Positions 60,927 to 64,000 of a stretch of DNA of 64,000 nt are shown here, in pieces (position 1 is the stretch's first letter; each line of letters starts with the position of its first letter). The position numbers and the translations under genes are program-made. The stretch is from Acidimicrobiia bacterium (lineage in GTDB: Bacteria; Actinomycetota; Acidimicrobiia; IMCC26256; JACDBD01). The DNA lies in the NCBI GenBank assembly GCA_051002235.1, contig JBPCMN010000023.1, forward strand, positions 1,999 through 65,998, written 5' to 3'. Under the pieces are notes generated by a model. The model did not search any database. It was given only the letters and a program-made list of their open reading frames with translations, and was not told the DNA's origin.

Positions 60927-62783
60927 TCATTCGAGGTGATAGGGAACCGACGTCACCACCGTCCCCTTCCGGAACAGCAGCCTCCCCTTGAGCATCAGCG
61001 CGCTCTGGTTGTGGAGCAGGTGGGCCCACCAGTGCTTCACGACGAACTCGGGGATGACCACGGTGACGACGTCGTTCTGCCAGCGGGCGTCGATCTCGTC
61101 GATGTAGCGGAGAACCGTGTCGTTGAGCTCCCGGTAGGGGTCGTAGACGATCTCGAGGGGGACATCGATGTTGCGCTCGGCCCACGCCCTCTCGATGTGC
61201 TCCTGCTCCTCCTCGTCGGACACGACGGTCACCGCCGCCAGGTGTTGAGGGGCCAGCGAGCGGGCGTAGGCGAGCGCCTCGAGGACGCCTCGGTGCACCG
61301 AACCCACCAGGACGATCACGGTGTGGTTCATCTTCCGGGGGCGGAAGTCGGGCGGGACGCTGAGGCCCGCGCTCACGGTGTCGTAGTGACTGCGGATGGC
61401 CTTGAAGAAGAGGACGATCGCCGGGATGACGACGAGAGGAACCCAGGCACCGCTGGTGAACTTGGTGGCGGCCACGATCACGAGCACCGCGAACGTCACC
61501 GCCGCCCCGACGGCGCTGGTGGCGGCGCCCAGTTGCCAGCGCGGGGTGCGCTCCCGCCGCTGGTAACGGACCATTCCGAGCTGGCTCAGGGTGAACGAGG
61601 TGAACACGCCGACGGCATACAAGGGAATCAACGCGTTGGTGATGCCGCCGAACGCCACGATCAGGCCGGACGCCGCCAGCGCGAGAAACACGACGCCGTT
61701 CGAGAAGACCAGCCGATCGCCCCGGTTGGCGAACTGCCGCGGGAGGAAGCCGTCCCTGGCGATGATGGACGAGAGGCGAGGGAAGTCGGCGTAGGCGGTG
61801 TTGGCCGCCAGCAGCAGGATGACGGCCGTTGCGAACTGCAACAGCACGAACAACGGCCCCGTCCCGAACACCGCCTCCCCCAGCTGAGCCAGGACGGTCT
61901 GGTCCTCGCTCGGGTACGGGTGGAGCCGGTGGGCGAGGGTCGCGGTCCCGAAGAAGAGGGTTCCGAGGATGATGGCCATCCACATCAACGTGCGGGCGGC
62001 GTTGCGCGATTCGGGGCGGCGGAAGGCGGGAACGCCGTCGGCGATCGCCTCGATCCCGGTGAGCGCGACGGCACCCGAGGAGAAGCCCTTGAGGATGAGG
62101 AACAGGCCGAGCGCCCCTCCGGCCTCCCTCGAGCCCTCGAAGTGCTCGGCGTCGAACGCGACCCGGTCGACGTCGCCGAACAGGTCGGGGAAGTAGCTGC
62201 GGGCCAGCCCGTAGACGATCAACCCACCGAGCAGGACGATGTACAGGTAGGTGGGTACGGCGAAGATCCGGCCTGACTCCTTCGCGCCGCGCAGGTTGAT
62301 GAGCGTGATCAGCGCGATCGCGCCGACACAGAGGAGCACCCGCCGGTCACGGAGATCCTCGAACGCGGGGATGGAGATAATGGCGGCGACGCCGGCCGAG
62401 ATCGACACCGCCACCGTGAGGATGTAGTCGACGAGGATCGACGCCCCCGCGACGAGCGACACATTGGTGCCGAGGTTCTCCCGGCTGACCACGTACGACC
62501 CGCCACCGCCGGGATAGGCGTAGATCGTTCGCCGGTACGACGTCACGACGATCGCGAGCAGGATCGCGACCGCGATCGAGATCGGAACCAGCACGTCGAG
62601 ACCGAGAACCAGGCTCGAGGCGCCGAGCGCGGTGACGAACAGGATCTCCTCGGTCGCGTACGCGGTCGACGAGATCGCGTCGGACGAGAACACGGCGAGA
62701 CCGATGGTCTTGGGGATGCGCTGGTGCTCCTGCTCGGCGCTGGCCAGCGGCCGGCCGAGGAGGAAGCGCTTCACGATCGCCAT
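60927..62783 (-). CDS. APC-superfamily permease with a long cytoplasmic C-terminal domain
   Basis: N-terminus FLLGRPLASAEQEHQRIPKTIGLAVFSSDAISSTAYATEEIL, 12 TM helices, and an approximately 150-aa soluble tail. Divergent from the trkA pair. Confidence 0.75.
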   Translation of the reverse strand: MAIVKRFLLGRPLASAEQEHQRIPKTIGLAVFSSDAISSTAYATEEILFVTALGASSLVLGLDVLVPISIAVAILLAIVVTSYRRTIYAYPGGGGSYVVSRENLGTNVSLVAGASILVDYILTVAVSISAGVAAIISIPAFEDLRDRRVLLCVGAIALITLINLRGAKESGRIFAVPTYLYIVLLGGLIVYGLARSYFPDLFGDVDRVAFDAEHFEGSREAGGALGLFLILKGFSSGAVALTGIEAIADGVPAFRRPESRNAARTLMWMAIILGTLFFGTATLAHRLHPYPSEDQTVLAQLGEAVFGTGPLFVLLQFATAVILLLAANTAYADFPRLSSIIARDGFLPRQFANRGDRLVFSNGVVFLALAASGLIVAFGGITNALIPLYAVGVFTSFTLSQLGMVRYQRRERTPRWQLGAATSAVGAAVTFAVLVIVAATKFTSGAWVPLVVIPAIVLFFKAIRSHYDTVSAGLSVPPDFRPRKMNHTVIVLVGSVHRGVLEALAYARSLAPQHLAAVTVVSDEEEQEHIERAWAERNIDVPLEIVYDPYRELNDTVLRYIDEIDARWQNDVVTVVIPEFVVKHWWAHLLHNQSALMLKGRLLFRKGTVVTSVPYHLE

Positions 62784-62834
62784 CGGACCTCTTCTCCACC
62801 GTTACCATCGGAGGCGGAACAACGGGAGGCAGAC

Positions 62835-63494
62835 TTGCACGTCGTCGTGGTGGGGTGCGGCAGGGTGGGCACCGAGCTCGCCGGGACGCTCGAGAAGTCC
62901 GGGCACACCGTTGCCATCATCGACAAGAACGCCACCGCCTTCCGCCGCCTCCCGTCGAGCTTCGCCGGGCACCGGGTCGTCGGGTTCGGCTTCGACCGCG
63001 ACACACTCACCGAGGCAGGGGTGGAGCGCGCCGGAGCGGTGGCGGCCGTCACCAACGGCGACAACTCGAACATCCTCGTCGCCCGGATCGCCCGCGAGAC
63101 GTTCGGGATCGAGCGGGTCGTCGCCCGCATCTACGACCCCCGGCGCGCCGTCATCTACCAGCGGCTCGGCATCCCGACAGTGGCGACGGTGTCGTGGACG
63201 ACCGACCAGGTGATGCGACGGCTGCTCCCCGGCGACCAGCCCCACGACTGGATCGACCCCAGCGCCAAGGTGTGCCTGGTCGAGCAGGCCCTGCCGGCGG
63301 CGTGGGGCGGCAAGAAGCTCGCCGAGCTCAACGAGCCCGGCCGCTTCTGGCTCACGGCGGTGACCCGCTTCGGGAGCGCCGAGGTCGTCGCCGCCGACCT
63401 GGTCGGTCAGGAGGGCGACGTCCTCTTCTTCGTCGCCGAGGTCGGGGCGCTCGACGCGTTGCGCGAGCGCCTCGAGCAGCGCCCCGGACACTGA
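62835..63494 (+). CDS. trkA: TrkA-family potassium uptake regulatory protein (RCK N and C domains)
   Basis: TTG start with SD GGGAGG 5 nt upstream, then VVVGCGRVGTELAGTLEKSGHTVAIIDKN. The track ORF start at 62724 is rejected because it overlaps the divergent promoter. Confidence 0.8.
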   Translation: MHVVVVGCGRVGTELAGTLEKSGHTVAIIDKNATAFRRLPSSFAGHRVVGFGFDRDTLTEAGVERAGAVAAVTNGDNSNILVARIARETFGIERVVARIYDPRRAVIYQRLGIPTVATVSWTTDQVMRRLLPGDQPHDWIDPSAKVCLVEQALPAAWGGKKLAELNEPGRFWLTAVTRFGSAEVVAADLVGQEGDVLFFVAEVGALDALRERLEQRPGH

Positions 63495-63507
63495 TGGGCG
63501 GGCACTG

Positions 63508-64000
63508 ATGCGCGTCGCCATCGCCGGGGCCGGGAACGTCGGCCTCTTCATCGCCAACGACCTTCGCGGCGCCGGCCACGAGATCCAGCTCATCGAGCAG
63601 GACCCGGCCGTCGTCGAGCGGGCAGTGGCCGACGAGGGAATCGAGTGGGTAGTCGCCGACGGGTGCGAGGTGTCGTCGCTGCGCGAGGCGGGCATGGAGC
63701 GCTGCGACGTCGTAGTCGCCGCCACCGGAGACGACGAGGACAACCTGGTGATCTCGTTGCTGGCCAAGCAGGAGTTCGCCGTCCCCCGCGTCATCGCCCG
63801 GGTGAACCATCCCAAGAACGAGTGGATGTTCAATGAGAACTGGGGCGTCGACCTCTCGGTGTCGACGCCGCATCTCATCACCGCCCTGGTCGAGGAGGCG
63901 GTAACCGTGGGCCGGTTGGTCCGCATCCTCCAGTTCGAGGGCGGTCAGGCCCGGCTGGTCGAGGTGACCCTGGCCGATGACTCGCCGGTGGTCGACAAGT
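63508..64000 (+). CDS. trkA: Second TrkA-family protein (partial; runs off the window end)
   Basis: Not in the track because there is no stop in the window. ATG 63508: MRVAIAGAGNVGLFIANDLRGAGHEIQLIEQD...VVAATGDDEDNLVISLLAK. Confidence 0.85.
   Translation, partial: MRVAIAGAGNVGLFIANDLRGAGHEIQLIEQDPAVVERAVADEGIEWVVADGCEVSSLREAGMERCDVVVAATGDDEDNLVISLLAKQEFAVPRVIARVNHPKNEWMFNENWGVDLSVSTPHLITALVEEAVTVGRLVRILQFEGGQARLVEVTLADDSPVVDK

Overview
High-GC (about 70%) chromosomal segment with Actinomycetota-type synteny: clpC ... lysS-coaX-(nadCB)-panDC-folKBPE-ftsH-hpt-tilS, sigH/anti-sigma, topA-tmk-holB, cysS-ispDF-carD, disA-radA and a trkA pair. The taxon (possibly Acidimicrobiia-like) is inference only. 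About 85% of genes lie on the minus strand, and 17 junctions are 4-nt ATGA/GTGA stop/start overlaps. Most of the window is housekeeping; I see no CRISPR array, intact mobile element or recognisable defence island. The supplied six-frame track has many long Arg/Pro/Gly-rich antisense or out-of-frame ORFs typical of high-GC DNA. I discarded these and trimmed several track ORFs to homology-supported starts. Features added beyond the track: two tRNA-Thr genes, a SAM-I riboswitch, two DtxR/IdeR-like iron boxes, a partial lipoprotein gene at the left edge, a partial second trkA at the right edge, two short CDS, a decayed response-regulator paralog, and two intergenic repeat families. The best candidate for new biology is a SAM-I riboswitch driving a threonine-synthase-like PLP enzyme, a ThiS/MoaD/CysO-type sulfur carrier and a coupled unknown protein, which is probably a sulfur-carrier-dependent homocysteine/methionine route. 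Secondary candidates:
- an iron-box-controlled Fe3+ ABC operon extended by a GT-C membrane glycosyltransferase-like gene and a (Gly-Ser)16 cupredoxin lipoprotein;
- a Cys-to-His phosphatase-fold gene inside the folate operon;
- an orphan nucleotidyltransferase-fold protein;
- a perfect 56-nt tandem duplication at the tilS/hpt junction;
- an orphan response regulator with a decayed tandem paralog.
All homology statements come from reading the translations by eye; no database search was run.
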